From: Betaproteobacteria bacterium
Lineage (GTDB): Bacteria > Pseudomonadota > Gammaproteobacteria > Burkholderiales > Methylophilaceae
Direction of reading: 5' to 3'
Assembly (NCBI GenBank): GCA_947503455.1
Contig: CANNEG010000001.1
Coordinates: 1 to 36,569, forward strand
DNA length: 36,569 nt
Shown: positions 9,703 to 20,593 of the stretch, piece after piece
Numbering within the stretch: position 1 is the first letter of the stretch
Layout of the letters: each line of letters opens with the position of its first letter
Program-made: the position numbers and the translations under genes
The notes under the pieces: model-generated
Seen by the model: only the letters and a program-made list of their open reading frames with translations
What the model was told of the DNA's origin: nothing
Database searches by the model: none

Positions 9703-10755
9703 ATGGACAAGCCCATGAATACAAATAATTCGATTACTATTACTCGGCCAGATGACTGGCATTTACATCTTAGAGATGGCGCCGCCCTAAAAGCAGTATT
9801 GCCCGATACCGCACGCCAATTTGGCCGGGCAATTGTAATGCCAAACTTGCGTCCGCCTCTAACGACAACGGAATTAACGCTTGCTTACCGTAAAAGAATT
9901 TTAGAGGCAGTGCCGAGTGGCATGCACTTTGAGCCGCTGATGACTTTGTACCTCACGGATAATACTGCTCCTGAGGAAATTGTAAAAGCAAAGGAGAGCG
10001 GACTGATATATGGGGTTAAGCTTTATCCAGCAGGCGCAACTACTAATAGCGATTCTGGCGTTACCAGCTTAGATAAATGCGCGAGCGTACTTGAGACGAT
10101 GGAAAGGCTTGGCATGCCACTCTTAGTGCATGCCGAAGTCACTGATAGCGATGTGGATGTCTTTGATCGTGAGCGAGTTTTTATTGAGCGAAATATGATT
10201 CCTTTGCTCAAAAAGTTTCCCAATTTAAAGCTTGTATTTGAGCATATCACCACGCGAGATGCAGTGGCTTTTGTCACAAAAGCCCCAAGCAATGTGGCGG
10301 CAACCATTACTGCCCATCACTTATTAATGAATCGCAATGATATGTTCAAAGGCGGCATTCAGCCACATCATTATTGCTTACCTATCTTAAAGCGTGAAGA
10401 GCATCGACTGGCTTTAGTGCAGGTGGCCACTTCGGGTAATGCTAAATTTTTCTTGGGGACGGATAGTGCGCCTCATGCTAGACATACCAAAGAATCTGCT
10501 TGTGGTTGTGCTGGTATGTATACGGCACATACGGCGATGGAGCTTTATGCTGAAGTGTTTGAAGCGGCTAATGCGCTCGATAAATTGGAGGGGTTTGCTA
10601 GTTTTTATGGGGCGGATTTTTATGGATTACCGCGCAATGCAGAAAAAATTACCATCATGAAGAGTCGATGGAAAGTGCCTGAGAGTCTGCCGTTTGATGG
10701 GGATGTGTTGGTGCCATTGCGAGCTGGACAAGAGTTGACTTGGAAAATGTTATAA
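9703..10755 (+). CDS. pyrC: Dihydroorotase (type II)
   Basis: [35 protein letters not shown]. True start may be the ATG at 9715. Confidence 0.97.
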   Translation: MDKPMNTNNSITITRPDDWHLHLRDGAALKAVLPDTARQFGRAIVMPNLRPPLTTTELTLAYRKRILEAVPSGMHFEPLMTLYLTDNTAPEEIVKAKESGLIYGVKLYPAGATTNSDSGVTSLDKCASVLETMERLGMPLLVHAEVTDSDVDVFDRERVFIERNMIPLLKKFPNLKLVFEHITTRDAVAFVTKAPSNVAATITAHHLLMNRNDMFKGGIQPHHYCLPILKREEHRLALVQVATSGNAKFFLGTDSAPHARHTKESACGCAGMYTAHTAMELYAEVFEAANALDKLEGFASFYGADFYGLPRNAEKITIMKSRWKVPESLPFDGDVLVPLRAGQELTWKML

Positions 10756-10785
10756 GTGAAGTGAGTGAAGCAATTGCCTGTGGCG

Positions 10786-10794
10786 TGTTAAACT
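10786..10794 (+). promoter_or_regulatory. Putative extended -10 promoter of rnpB
   Basis: TGTTAAACT (TGn + TAAACT) ends 6 nt before the G at 10801 that begins helix P1. Confidence 0.45.
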
Positions 10795-10800
10795 ATACAT

Positions 10801-11130
10801 GAAGCTGGCTAGACAGTCGCCGCCTAGCAATAGGGGGAGGAAAGTCCGGGCTGCACAGAGCGAGATGACGGCTAACGGCCGTACGTTGAAATCTTTACTG
10901 GCGAAAGCCGTAAGGTATAAGGCGCGGAATAGGGCCACAGAGACGAGCGTATTAAGTTACGGTGAAACGCGGTAACCTCCATCTGCAGCAAGACCAAATA
11001 GGCTGGCATTGACGTGGCTCGCGTTGCCAGCGGGTAGGTTGCTTGAGCGTATGGGTAATCATACGCCTAGATGAATGACTGTCAGCTTTAGCAATAAAGC
11101 CTACAGAACCCGGCTTATCGGCCAGCTTCA
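10801..11130 (+). ncRNA. rnpB: RNase P RNA, bacterial class A (betaproteobacterial form)
   Basis: GAGGAAAGTCCGGGC and ACAGAACCCGGCTTA (P4), terminal pairing GAAGCTGGC/GCCAGCTTC (P1), GACAGTC/GACTGTC (P2), P18 GCGTATG/CATACGC. Confidence 0.98.
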
Positions 11131-11369
11131 CTTTCACTTTTTGCTTGCCACTGTAAGTGGCTTAGCAAATAGGGGAAATCTTTACGGCTTTTGTGTCAAA
11201 TTCAGAAAACCTTTCTGATATTAAGGATTTAAAGGCGTCTTTATTTTCTACCCCTCAAATCTCGCTAATTACAATTCAATCGCTTTCAGCATTGTCCTAA
11301 TAATCTACATTCATATAATTTCGTATGTTCTTCATTTATAACGATATTATTTTTATCACCAAAATACGC

Positions 11370-11382
11370 TAAGTCATTGAGA
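11370..11382 (-). promoter_or_regulatory. IHF-like site upstream of the dcw promoter
   Basis: Minus strand TCTCAATGACTTA has one mismatch to WATCAANNNNTTR, with an adjacent A/T tract. Confidence 0.35.
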
Positions 11383-11409
11383 AATAAAGAGAAAATAGTA
11401 AAAAAGGGC

Positions 11410-11438
11410 TTGCATTGCCCTTTTTTTTTATCTATAGT
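11410..11438 (+). promoter_or_regulatory. Sigma70 promoter of the dcw cluster (Pmra)
   Basis: TTGCAT-17 bp-TATAGT directly upstream of the MraZ boxes. Confidence 0.8.
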
Positions 11439-11446
11439 GCATCTTA

Positions 11447-11471
11447 GTGGGAAAAAGTGGGTTTTTGTGGG
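11447..11471 (+). promoter_or_regulatory. MraZ binding boxes
   Basis: GTGGG at 11447, 11457 and 11467 with exact 10-bp period, the established MraZ operator pattern. Confidence 0.88.
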
Positions 11472-11649
11472 GAATTGTACGTTAAGCGGCGATGTTGAGC
11501 GTTCATCTTCAAGCGCAGTTTTGGTTACTACTAAGGGTTGGTTGCCTGAGCTTAATTGAACAATTCCTCACTATTTTATTGCGTAGCCTTAATTTTTTAA
11601 GGCTAAGTTGGTTTTAAGATTTATTTTGCTTAAGGAAAGTAATAATAAA

Positions 11650-12096
11650 ATGTTTCGCGGTGCAACCTCATTAAGTTTGGATGCAAAAAATAGACTCGCT
11701 GTGCCAATTAGGCACAGAGACGCGTTGCAGTTTCAGTGCGCCGGTAATTTGGTGTTAACTGCACATCCGCACCGCTGCCTATTACTATATCCACAAGCAG
11801 CTTGGGAGCCAATTCAGACAAAGATGATGGCCTTATCTTCATTTGATAAGCAATCTAGTGCATTACAGCGTCTGTTGGTCGGTTTTGCTGAGGATATTGC
11901 TTTAGATAGTGCTGGTCGTATATTGGTGTCTCCAGTATTGCGAGAGTTCGCGGGACTGGATAAAGAAGTGATGTTGGTTGGTCAAGGTAGCCATTTTGAA
12001 TTATGGGATATGGAAGCTTGGCGTAAGCAATTGGCGCAAGTATTGGATAGTAGTGATTTTACTATGCCAACAGAATTAGAGGGCTTCTCGCTGTGA
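11650..12096 (+). CDS. mraZ: Division/cell wall cluster transcriptional repressor MraZ
   Basis: MFRG...[10 protein letters not shown] and LDSAGRILV repeats. Start placed at ATG 11650 behind AAGGA, not the TTG at 11608. Confidence 0.96.
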   Translation: MFRGATSLSLDAKNRLAVPIRHRDALQFQCAGNLVLTAHPHRCLLLYPQAAWEPIQTKMMALSSFDKQSSALQRLLVGFAEDIALDSAGRILVSPVLREFAGLDKEVMLVGQGSHFELWDMEAWRKQLAQVLDSSDFTMPTELEGFSL

Positions 12097-13160
12097 TCAA
12101 GGGCGTGAGCAGCGCGCCCACTAAAGCATCATTGTCTTCAAATAAAGCGTCTGTAAAAGACGCTTTAAAATTAGAAAAGTCCCTATCAGAAGTGTCTGTA
12201 CTAAATTCGAATTTAAAAGAACTTGCAATCATAGACTCTCACATCACAGTTTTGTTGGATGAGGCTGTGCACGCCTTGGCGGTAAAGCCTGATGGAATCT
12301 ATGTTGATGGTACGTTTGGGCGGGGTGGACATTCAAGAAAAATTTTAGAAGCACTAGGTAGCAAAGGTCGACTAATAGCGTTTGATCGAGACTTAAAGGC
12401 GATTGAATCCGGCAGGGATATCAGTGATAAGCGTTTCACTATAGTGCATAGCCATTTTGCTGGGATGCAAGCTAAGTTGGCTGAGATGGGTGTTTTGAAT
12501 GTGGATGGCATTTTGCTGGATTTGGGAATTTCATCACCACAAATTGATGAAGCAAGCCGTGGATTTAGTTTTAGATATGACGCGCCATTAGATATGCGTA
12601 TGGATCAAAGTAGTGGACAAACAGCGGCGGAATTTATCGCTTCTACAACAGAGCAGCAACTAGCGGAGGTTATAAAGAATTATGGTGAAGAACGGTTTGC
12701 TAAGCAGATTGCAAGGGCGCTTATTGCGGAGCGCAATGACGGGCGCACCATCACCACTACAGGGCAACTTGCCAAGGTCGTGGCAGGCGCAGTTACGCGG
12801 TTTGAGCCAGGGCAGAACCCTGCCACGCGTACATTTCAAGCTTTACGGATTCACGTCAATCAAGAGCTTGAGGAGCTTACGCTAACCATGCCGCAATGTT
12901 TGGCATTATTAGCGCCAAAAGGTCGGCTGGCGGTGATTAGCTTTCATTCGTTAGAGGATCGCATAGTGAAGCAATTTGTCCGTAGCCAAGCAAATCGTGA
13001 TGACTTGCCGGCTAATTTTCCTGTGCGTGCGGCAGACTTGCCACAGCCAAAACTTAAAGGCGTGGGCAAAAGCATCAAGCCCAGTAGTAAAGAGGTTAAG
13101 TCTAATCCGCGTTCGCGTAGCGCAGTGCTACGTGTTGCTGAGAGAACATACGTAGCATGA
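12093..13160 (+). CDS. rsmH: 16S rRNA (cytosine1402-N4)-methyltransferase
   Basis: [50 protein letters not shown] overlap with the mraZ stop. Confidence 0.97.
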   Translation: MIKGVSSAPTKASLSSNKASVKDALKLEKSLSEVSVLNSNLKELAIIDSHITVLLDEAVHALAVKPDGIYVDGTFGRGGHSRKILEALGSKGRLIAFDRDLKAIESGRDISDKRFTIVHSHFAGMQAKLAEMGVLNVDGILLDLGISSPQIDEASRGFSFRYDAPLDMRMDQSSGQTAAEFIASTTEQQLAEVIKNYGEERFAKQIARALIAERNDGRTITTTGQLAKVVAGAVTRFEPGQNPATRTFQALRIHVNQELEELTLTMPQCLALLAPKGRLAVISFHSLEDRIVKQFVRSQANRDDLPANFPVRAADLPQPKLKGVGKSIKPSSKEVKSNPRSRSAVLRVAERTYVA

Positions 13161-13495
13161 CGCGCCTTAATCTCATTTTGTTTTTCGCGCTAATATTTTC
13201 CGCGCTAGGTTTAGTGAAATCGCAACATAAGGCGCGCAACCTCTATATTGAGCTTGAGCAGAGCAATCAGGTGGCAAAGTTGATTGAGCAAGAATATGGG
13301 CAACTGCAGCTTGAGCAAAGTACATGGGCAATGCATTCACGTATAGAGCTGATTGCGGCACAGCAAATGCAGATGCAAGTGCCCGATGCAAAGCGTGTGC
13401 AAGTAGTAGCAACTGCTCAGGCGATTGCCCCTATTGAAATGGCGCAAGACATTAAGGCTATGGATATAAAGTCTCAGGGTCAGGCGGTGCATTGA
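13157..13495 (+). CDS. ftsL: Cell division protein FtsL
   Basis: N-terminal TM, coiled coil ending [13 protein letters not shown]; located between rsmH and ftsI. Confidence 0.93.
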   Translation: MTRLNLILFFALIFSALGLVKSQHKARNLYIELEQSNQVAKLIEQEYGQLQLEQSTWAMHSRIELIAAQQMQMQVPDAKRVQVVATAQAIAPIEMAQDIKAMDIKSQGQAVH

Positions 13496-15255
13496 TGGCG
13501 ATGCGCATGCCAATTAAAACGCCTGTTCATGCTCCTGTAGCTGTCAAGCTGCCGGCTTGGCGTCGTCGCGTTTTATTAGTACTTGTATTGCTTGGGTTTG
13601 CCGCATTATTGGGTCGTGGGGTTTATCTACAAGGAATTCATAAAAAGTTTTACCAAAATCAAGGTAATGCACGCTATAGCCGCAACATTGTTTTAACCTC
13701 TCAACGAGGCAAAATTACAGATAGACATGGTGAGCTATTAGCGATTAGTTCGCCAGTTGAATCTGTTTGGGCCAGTCCGCCAGATGTTGAAATTGATGCT
13801 GCACAAACAAAACAGATTGGGATGTTATTAAATCTCAAAGAGGATGCAGTCAAACAAAAGCTAGCGAATAGTGAACGTGAGTTTGTGTATTTAAAACGTC
13901 GCATATCCCCAGAGCTCGCTGCAAAAGTAATGAAGTTAGGTGTGCCTGGCATTGATTTGCAACGGGAATACAAGCGTTACTACCCGGCAGGTGATGTCGC
14001 TGCCCATATGGTGGGGTTTACTGGGCCAGGAGATAAGGGCGCAGGCGACAAAGGCCTAGAAGGTTTTGAGCTTGCAATGAACACTGCGCTTTCAGGAAAA
14101 GATGGCAGTCGTAGTGTCATAAAAGATAGGTCCGGGCATATTATTGAAGATTTACAGGCGGTTGTAGTACCGCAAGATGGTCATGATGTATCGTTGTCTT
14201 TAGATCTTAGAATTCAGTATTTGGCGCATCGTGAATTAGTTAAAGCTGTAGAGCTCAACAAGGCAATAGCAGGAGCGGTAGTTGTGTTGGATGCGAAAAC
14301 TGGTGAAGTGCTAGCCATGGCTAATGCGCCAAGTTACAACCCAAATAATCCTGTCAATATACAAGGTAAGACACGCAACCGCGCGATTATCGATAACTAT
14401 GAGCCTGGCTCAACCTTAAAACCTGTAACTGCAGCCGCGGCATTGGAGTCTGGTCAATATACATCAGACACTAAAATTCAGACTGCCCCTGGTACGTTAA
14501 AGATTGGCCCTGCGACGATACATGATAGTCATCCGCAGGGCGTGCTAACGGTGGCTGAGGTGATACAAAAATCTTCCAATGTAGGCGCCTCTAAAATTGC
14601 ATTAACACTCGACAAGCAGTTTATGTGGAACACGTATAACCAATTGGGATTAGGACATGCGGAGGGGGTTGGTTTTCCTGGTGAAGCATCAGGAAAATTA
14701 CGACCTTATCAGGGATGGCGCCCCATTGAAATGGCCACCATGTCTTTTGGGCATGGCGTAAGTGTAACGTTGCTCCAAATGGCGCGGCTGTACACAGTGT
14801 TTGCCAATGAAGGCGAGTTACGTCCAATTTCACTGCTAAAAATTAATGAAATGCCAGTAGGCCAGCAAGTGTTTTCTGCAGCAACTGCTAATCATGTAAA
14901 AGACATGTTGGAGATGGTGGTGCAGCCGGGAGGTACCGCCCTTAAAGCGCAAGTCTTGGGTTATCGCGTGGCTGGAAAAACCGGTACGGCACATAAATTA
15001 GGCGATCATGGGTATGTTAAGGATAAATATGTTGCTTCATTTGTAGGGATGGCACCTGCTTCTAATCCTCGATTCATTGTTGCGATAATGATAGATGAGC
15101 CGAGTAATGGTGCCTATTATGGCGGTACAGTGGCCGCCCCAGTGTTTAGTAATATTATGGCAGATACATTACGTTTGTTTGCCGTGCCACAAGATGCCCC
15201 CAATAATAATGTGGTACTTCAAGGTAATGATGAAGATGTTAAGGAGGGAATATGA
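13495..15255 (+). CDS. ftsI: Peptidoglycan D,D-transpeptidase FtsI (PBP3)
   Basis: RGKITDR, STLK (SxxK), SSN, KTGT. ATG overlaps the ftsL TGA; TTG at 13492 is an alternative start. Confidence 0.97.
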   Translation: MAMRMPIKTPVHAPVAVKLPAWRRRVLLVLVLLGFAALLGRGVYLQGIHKKFYQNQGNARYSRNIVLTSQRGKITDRHGELLAISSPVESVWASPPDVEIDAAQTKQIGMLLNLKEDAVKQKLANSEREFVYLKRRISPELAAKVMKLGVPGIDLQREYKRYYPAGDVAAHMVGFTGPGDKGAGDKGLEGFELAMNTALSGKDGSRSVIKDRSGHIIEDLQAVVVPQDGHDVSLSLDLRIQYLAHRELVKAVELNKAIAGAVVVLDAKTGEVLAMANAPSYNPNNPVNIQGKTRNRAIIDNYEPGSTLKPVTAAAALESGQYTSDTKIQTAPGTLKIGPATIHDSHPQGVLTVAEVIQKSSNVGASKIALTLDKQFMWNTYNQLGLGHAEGVGFPGEASGKLRPYQGWRPIEMATMSFGHGVSVTLLQMARLYTVFANEGELRPISLLKINEMPVGQQVFSAATANHVKDMLEMVVQPGGTALKAQVLGYRVAGKTGTAHKLGDHGYVKDKYVASFVGMAPASNPRFIVAIMIDEPSNGAYYGGTVAAPVFSNIMADTLRLFAVPQDAPNNNVVLQGNDEDVKEGI

Positions 15256-16715
15256 CTATTCTAAATACCTTCCATCAAACATTTACATCTATTACAGCAG
15301 ATAGCCGTAAAGTTAAAGCGGGGGCATTGTTCTTGGCCTACCCTGGCGCTGTATCCGATGGGCGTAATTATATTCCGCAGGCGATTCAGGCGGGGGCTAA
15401 TGCTGTGATTTGGGATGATACCGAATTTACATGGCGTGCAGATTGGCAGGTAAAAAATCTTGCCATTAAAGACTTAAAACGTCAGGCAGGACTAATCGCC
15501 GCTGAATTTTACCATCACCCATCGAACCGGTTCGTGATGATAGGCGTCACCGGAACCAACGGTAAAACGTCGGTTAGTCAATGGATAGCGCAATGCTTAA
15601 CATCATTAGGTAAAAAAACTGCGGTGCTTGGCACTATTGGTAACGGTTTTTTGGATGCGCAAACAGAGGCAGTTAATACCACGCCTGATGCGATTTTATT
15701 GCAAGCCATGTTGGCAGATTATGCTGAAAAGCAAGCCGAGGCTGTAGTGATGGAAGTGTCATCGCATGGATTAGATCAAGGCCGTGTCAATGGTGTTGAA
15801 TTTGATGTTGCTGTATTGACCAATCTAAGTCGAGATCACTTAGATTATCACGGCAACATGGAAGCTTATGCGGCTGCGAAGCAGAAGCTATTCATGTGGG
15901 ATGGTTTGCAAACTTCAATTGTGAATGCGGATGATGTCTTTGGGCGCGAATTAGCAATCACACTCAAAACACAACATAAGCCATGTCTAGCTTATGGCTT
16001 TGATGCGACGGCTGGCCCTGTAGATATCAGCGCAAGTGATTTGAAATTACATGACTCTGGATTGAGTATGCGCGTTCAAACACCCCAAGGTGTCGCTATA
16101 TTGGCAGCGCCAGTATTAGGGCGCTTTAATGCTTATAACGTATTGGCGGTGTTATCTACCTTATTGGCGTCAAAAGTTGCCTTGCCAGAGGCGATTGAGG
16201 CAATTGCGCAGATTAAGCCAGTCCTTGGACGTATGCAGCAATTCGGCGGTGGAACTCTGCCGCTAGTAGTAGTCGATTATGCGCATACGCCAGATGCGCT
16301 AGAAAAAGTATTAACCACCCTACGCGAACAAGTGCAAGGTCACTTGATGTGCGTATTTGGTTGTGGTGGCGATCGTGACGCTGGTAAGCGGCCGTTAATG
16401 GGTGGCGTTGCCAGTAAGCTAGCCGACAAAGTCATAGTGACTTCAGATAATCCGCGTAGCGAAGACCCTGTCAAGGTTATCGCGGAGGTGGTTGCTGGCA
16501 TGACTGCAGGGTATGAGGTTGAAATAAACCGAGAGCTTGCCATCAATAAAGCTGTGCAATCAGCCAAGTTGGGTGACATCGTTTTATTAGCAGGTAAAGG
16601 GCATGAAAGTTATCAGGAGATTGCTGGCGTTAAATATCCGTTTGATGATGCGTTGATTGCCCAAAGTGCGCTTACACAATATCAAGCGAGTCAGGCTATG
16701 GGGGTATTAGCATGA
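15252..16715 (+). CDS. murE: UDP-MurNAc-tripeptide synthetase (meso-DAP adding)
   Basis: GVTGTNGKTS, MEVSSH, DYAHTPDAL, DNPR motif specifying meso-DAP. Confidence 0.97.
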   Translation: MTILNTFHQTFTSITADSRKVKAGALFLAYPGAVSDGRNYIPQAIQAGANAVIWDDTEFTWRADWQVKNLAIKDLKRQAGLIAAEFYHHPSNRFVMIGVTGTNGKTSVSQWIAQCLTSLGKKTAVLGTIGNGFLDAQTEAVNTTPDAILLQAMLADYAEKQAEAVVMEVSSHGLDQGRVNGVEFDVAVLTNLSRDHLDYHGNMEAYAAAKQKLFMWDGLQTSIVNADDVFGRELAITLKTQHKPCLAYGFDATAGPVDISASDLKLHDSGLSMRVQTPQGVAILAAPVLGRFNAYNVLAVLSTLLASKVALPEAIEAIAQIKPVLGRMQQFGGGTLPLVVVDYAHTPDALEKVLTTLREQVQGHLMCVFGCGGDRDAGKRPLMGGVASKLADKVIVTSDNPRSEDPVKVIAEVVAGMTAGYEVEINRELAINKAVQSAKLGDIVLLAGKGHESYQEIAGVKYPFDDALIAQSALTQYQASQAMGVLA

Positions 16716-18088
16716 TGCTACTTTCAGAAGCTACAAACGTCATGAATGGCAGATTTTTTGGTAAAGATAGCCAGTTCACTAGTGTGGGCACGGATAGCCG
16801 TAGCATTACTAAAGGTCAATTATTTGTTGCGTTAAAAGGTGAAAATTTTGACGGGCATGATTATGCCGCGCAAGCCTTACAACAAGGTGCGGCTGCGGTG
16901 TTGATCGAAAATTCAAAATCTAACCTAGCGCCAGCCATTGTGGTTGAGGATACATATTTAGCGTTAGGCACTCTAGCAAGCTATTGGCGAGAAAAATTCT
17001 CTATTCCAGTTGTTGCCGTCACTGGTAGTAATGGCAAAACCACAGTAAAAGAAATGATCACGTCTATTTTGTCAGTAAAAGCCAATAGTGAGCATGCCAT
17101 ACATGCGACCTCTGGAAATTTAAACAACCATATTGGCTTGCCGCTGACTTTACTCAAGTTGCGCACGACGCATCAGTTTTCTGTACTTGAAATGGGTATG
17201 AACCATTTAGGGGAAATTGACTATTTAACCCATATTGCCAAACCGACTGTAGCGGCAATCAATAATGCGGGCTCAGCCCATATAGGCGAATTAGGCTCGC
17301 GCGGCAATATAGCAAAAGCTAAAGGCGAAATTTTTGCCGGATTAAGTGATGATGGGGTGGCGGTCATCAATGCAGATGATGATTATTCTGACTATTGGCA
17401 ATCACTCAATAAGGGTAAAAAAATAGTCACTTTTGCGATGAGTAAACCTGCCGATGTAAAAGCGACTTATCAAGAAAATGGCGGTTTAAGTATTGTGAAT
17501 TTAACTACCTCTTACGGCGAAATTAGCTTTAAGTTGAACGTTTTGGGCGCCCATAACATTAGCAATGCGTTGGCAGCAAGTGCAGTAGCCGTAGCACTTG
17601 GTGTTGCAAATGCAGATATCGCTCGCGGACTGGAAAATTTTTCTGGGGTAAAGGGTCGTTTACAACGTAAAGTTGGGCTGAATAATGCTGTACTGATTGA
17701 CGATACCTATAACGCCAATCCAGATTCAATGAAAGCAGCGATTGATGTACTCGCTCAACAATCAGGCAAAAAAATATTAGTGCTGGGTGATATGGGTGAA
17801 TTAGGCGCAGATGCGAGGCGGTTGCACTTGGAGATTGGTGCGTATGCCAAAGCAGCAGGCCTTAAAAAATTGTATTGCTTAGGTGAGCTAAGTAAAGAGA
17901 TGGTGAGTGGATTTGGCGTAGGTTCAGAACATTACGCTACGCCAATGGCAATCGCAGAGGCAATTAAGTCATCGTTAACAGAAGATGATGTCGTGTTAAT
18001 TAAAGGATCACGTTTTATGAAAATGGAACGTGTGGTTGATTTGCTAGAAGAAAAATTGAATGAAGTCATCTTGTTGGAGGATCGATAA
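16712..18088 (+). CDS. murF: UDP-MurNAc-tripeptide--D-Ala-D-Ala ligase
   Basis: [32 protein letters not shown]. Confidence 0.97.
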   Translation: MMLLSEATNVMNGRFFGKDSQFTSVGTDSRSITKGQLFVALKGENFDGHDYAAQALQQGAAAVLIENSKSNLAPAIVVEDTYLALGTLASYWREKFSIPVVAVTGSNGKTTVKEMITSILSVKANSEHAIHATSGNLNNHIGLPLTLLKLRTTHQFSVLEMGMNHLGEIDYLTHIAKPTVAAINNAGSAHIGELGSRGNIAKAKGEIFAGLSDDGVAVINADDDYSDYWQSLNKGKKIVTFAMSKPADVKATYQENGGLSIVNLTTSYGEISFKLNVLGAHNISNALAASAVAVALGVANADIARGLENFSGVKGRLQRKVGLNNAVLIDDTYNANPDSMKAAIDVLAQQSGKKILVLGDMGELGADARRLHLEIGAYAKAAGLKKLYCLGELSKEMVSGFGVGSEHYATPMAIAEAIKSSLTEDDVVLIKGSRFMKMERVVDLLEEKLNEVILLEDR

Positions 18089-19191
18089 TGTTATTAGAAC
18101 TGGCGCGCTGGTTAGCGCACGATATTCATGGATTCAATGTATTTAACTACATCACTTTACGAGCAGTATTAGCAACGCTGACTGCACTGGCCATTTCATT
18201 TATTGCAGGGCCAAGCATGATACGTAAACTGACCGAATACAAAGTTGGGCAGGCTGTGCGTGATGATGGTCCGCAAACGCATCTTATCAAAACGGGTACG
18301 CCCACTATGGGTGGTGCGTTGATATTAGTTGCTATCGCAATATCTACCTTATTATGGGCGGATTTAAGTAATCGCTTTGTGTGGGTGGTGTTAGCCACCA
18401 CGTTGGGTTTTGGTGCGGTAGGTTGGGTAGATGATTACCGCAAAGTTGTCCATAATAATCCTAAAGGCTTATCAGCAAAAGCTAAGTTTTTTTGGCAAAG
18501 TTTAATTGGCATAGCTGTGGCAGTATTTCTATTTAAAACACATACAAGCCCTGCGGAAACAACGCTTATTGTGCCCTTCTTTAAGCATCTTGTGCTGCCA
18601 TTGAGCGCGGTTGGCTTCATGGTGGTTACGTATTTGGTCGTGGTCGGTAGTAGTAATGCTGTGAACTTAACTGATGGATTAGATGGCTTGGCGATTTTGC
18701 CTACAGTCATGGTGGCAAGTGCTTTGGGTATATTCGCTTACGTGGCCGGCCATTTATATTTCTCTAAATATTTAGGCATACCTTACGTGGCGGGCGCGGG
18801 TGAGTTGATGGTGTTTTGTGCTGCCATGGCCGGTGCTGGTTTAGGATTTTTATGGTTTAACGCTTACCCAGCTGAGGTGTTTATGGGGGATGTAGGGGCG
18901 TTAGCATTAGGTGCGGCATTGGGCATAGTAGCGGTGATTGTGCGCCAAGAACTCATATTGTTCATTATGGGTGGCGTGTTTGTGGTGGAGACCTTCTCTG
19001 TGGCAGTGCAGGTGGTGTATTTCAAGTATACCAAACGAAAAACAGGAGTAGGCCAACGTATTTTTTTGATGGCACCACTACATCATCATTATGAAGAAAA
19101 AGGCTGGAAAGAAACGCAAGTGGTCGTGCGTTTTTGGATTATCAGCATGATGCTAGTTTTGATTGGCTTGGCCAGCTTGAAGCTGAGATAA
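18088..19191 (+). CDS. mraY: Phospho-N-acetylmuramoyl-pentapeptide transferase
   Basis: [34 protein letters not shown]. Confidence 0.98.
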   Translation: MLLELARWLAHDIHGFNVFNYITLRAVLATLTALAISFIAGPSMIRKLTEYKVGQAVRDDGPQTHLIKTGTPTMGGALILVAIAISTLLWADLSNRFVWVVLATTLGFGAVGWVDDYRKVVHNNPKGLSAKAKFFWQSLIGIAVAVFLFKTHTSPAETTLIVPFFKHLVLPLSAVGFMVVTYLVVVGSSNAVNLTDGLDGLAILPTVMVASALGIFAYVAGHLYFSKYLGIPYVAGAGELMVFCAAMAGAGLGFLWFNAYPAEVFMGDVGALALGAALGIVAVIVRQELILFIMGGVFVVETFSVAVQVVYFKYTKRKTGVGQRIFLMAPLHHHYEEKGWKETQVVVRFWIISMMLVLIGLASLKLR

Positions 19192-19216
19192 ATACGTAAA
19201 TTATTGAATAGTAAAA

Positions 19217-20593
19217 ATGACGATTTCATTAAAAGAAAAAAAAGTATTAGTGCTAGGCCTTGGTGAAACGGGGCTATCAGCTTTGCGTTGGTTGAATACG
19301 CAGGGCGCACATTTGTCTGTAGCAGATACCCGTAATCATCCGCCCGGCATTGACGCATTAAGAGCTGAATTGCCGGCAGTCAAGGTATATACAGGCGCAT
19401 TTACAGCAATGATGTTTAGTGGTGTGGATTTGGTTGTAGCGAGCCCTGGGGTGTCATTGAGGGAGCCTGAAATTCAGGCGGCAATTAATCATGGTATTAG
19501 TGTGGTTGGCGATGTTGAGCTATTTGCACAATACCGTCCAGCGAGTGCCAAAGTCATTGCGATTACTGGCGCCAATGGTAAAACTACAGTGACATCTTTA
19601 GTGGGCGAAATGTGCAAGGCGGCAGGATTAAAAACGATTGTGGCCGGCAATATTGGCCTGCCAGTACTAGATGCTTTAAGCATGGGAGTACCGGATGTAT
19701 ATGTGCTAGAGCTGTCTAGCTTTCAGTTAGAAACTACTAGTAGTTTGCAGGTGGATGCAGCCGCGATGCTTAACTTGTCAGAAGATCATATGGATCGTTA
19801 CGACAGTTTGCAAGATTATGCGATTGCGAAAGCGCATATTTTCTACCATGCCCGTTTGCAAATACTTAACCGTGATGATGCGTGGAGCATGATGATGGCT
19901 CGGCCAAAATTAGCCCAAGTTACATTTGGGTTGTCCGATGAGAGCGATTTTGGCTTAAAGCAAATAGATGGTGAAACATGGCTCAGTGAGGGTGAAAAAG
20001 AGCTGATTAATTTACAAGATCTGAAAATTGTTGGTTTACACAATGCAGCTAATGCGTTAGCGGCAGTTGGCTTATGCCGGGGGATAGGCATTGATTATGC
20101 ACATATTATTCAAACGCTGTATAACTTTAAAGGTTTGCCGCACCGGGTGGAATGGGTTGCCAATGTAGACGATGTTGATTATTACGATGATTCAAAAGGT
20201 ACTAACGTAGGCGCCACTTGTGCAGCCATTGTGGGCATGTATAAAAATGGGCTGCCACAAAAAGTGGTATTAATCGCTGGAGGTGATGGCAAAGGTCAAG
20301 ATTTTTCACCTTTGGCTGAGGCAGTCACTGGCAATGCGCGTGCAGTCGTGCTGATTGGGCGTGATGCGAAATTGATTGAATCTGCATTATTGAAAACAAA
20401 TATCCCTTTGTTTCACGCGCTTGATTTGCCTGAAGCGGTGAATATTGCCAAAAAACTTGCGCAAACTGGCGATGCCGTATTGTTGTCACCCGCTTGTGCA
20501 AGTTTTGATATGTTTAAAAATTATGTACATCGGGCTGAAGTATTTGTGGCTGCCGTAAGCGCCTTAAAAGTAGGTTTGGGAGCGCTTGCATGA
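19217..20593 (+). CDS. murD: UDP-MurNAc-L-Ala--D-Glu ligase
   Basis: [33 protein letters not shown]. Confidence 0.98.
   Translation: MTISLKEKKVLVLGLGETGLSALRWLNTQGAHLSVADTRNHPPGIDALRAELPAVKVYTGAFTAMMFSGVDLVVASPGVSLREPEIQAAINHGISVVGDVELFAQYRPASAKVIAITGANGKTTVTSLVGEMCKAAGLKTIVAGNIGLPVLDALSMGVPDVYVLELSSFQLETTSSLQVDAAAMLNLSEDHMDRYDSLQDYAIAKAHIFYHARLQILNRDDAWSMMMARPKLAQVTFGLSDESDFGLKQIDGETWLSEGEKELINLQDLKIVGLHNAANALAAVGLCRGIGIDYAHIIQTLYNFKGLPHRVEWVANVDDVDYYDDSKGTNVGATCAAIVGMYKNGLPQKVVLIAGGDGKGQDFSPLAEAVTGNARAVVLIGRDAKLIESALLKTNIPLFHALDLPEAVNIAKKLAQTGDAVLLSPACASFDMFKNYVHRAEVFVAAVSALKVGLGALA

Noticed and set aside
10750-11137. Two minus-strand ORFs (62 and 61 aa)
   Set aside because: They are antisense to the RNase P RNA gene, which explains the sequence.
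11141-11168. Hairpin after rnpB as an intrinsic terminator
   Set aside because: The GCCAC/GTGGC stem has no downstream U-tract on either strand; it may be a processing or stability hairpin.
11447-11471. GTGGG direct repeats as a CRISPR or iteron array
   Set aside because: Only 5-bp units at 10-bp period upstream of mraZ; these are MraZ boxes.
11377-11559. 60-aa ORF upstream of mraZ as a leader peptide
   Set aside because: It has a TTG start without an SD, begins upstream of the predicted promoter and runs through the -35/-10 and MraZ boxes; best explained as chance.
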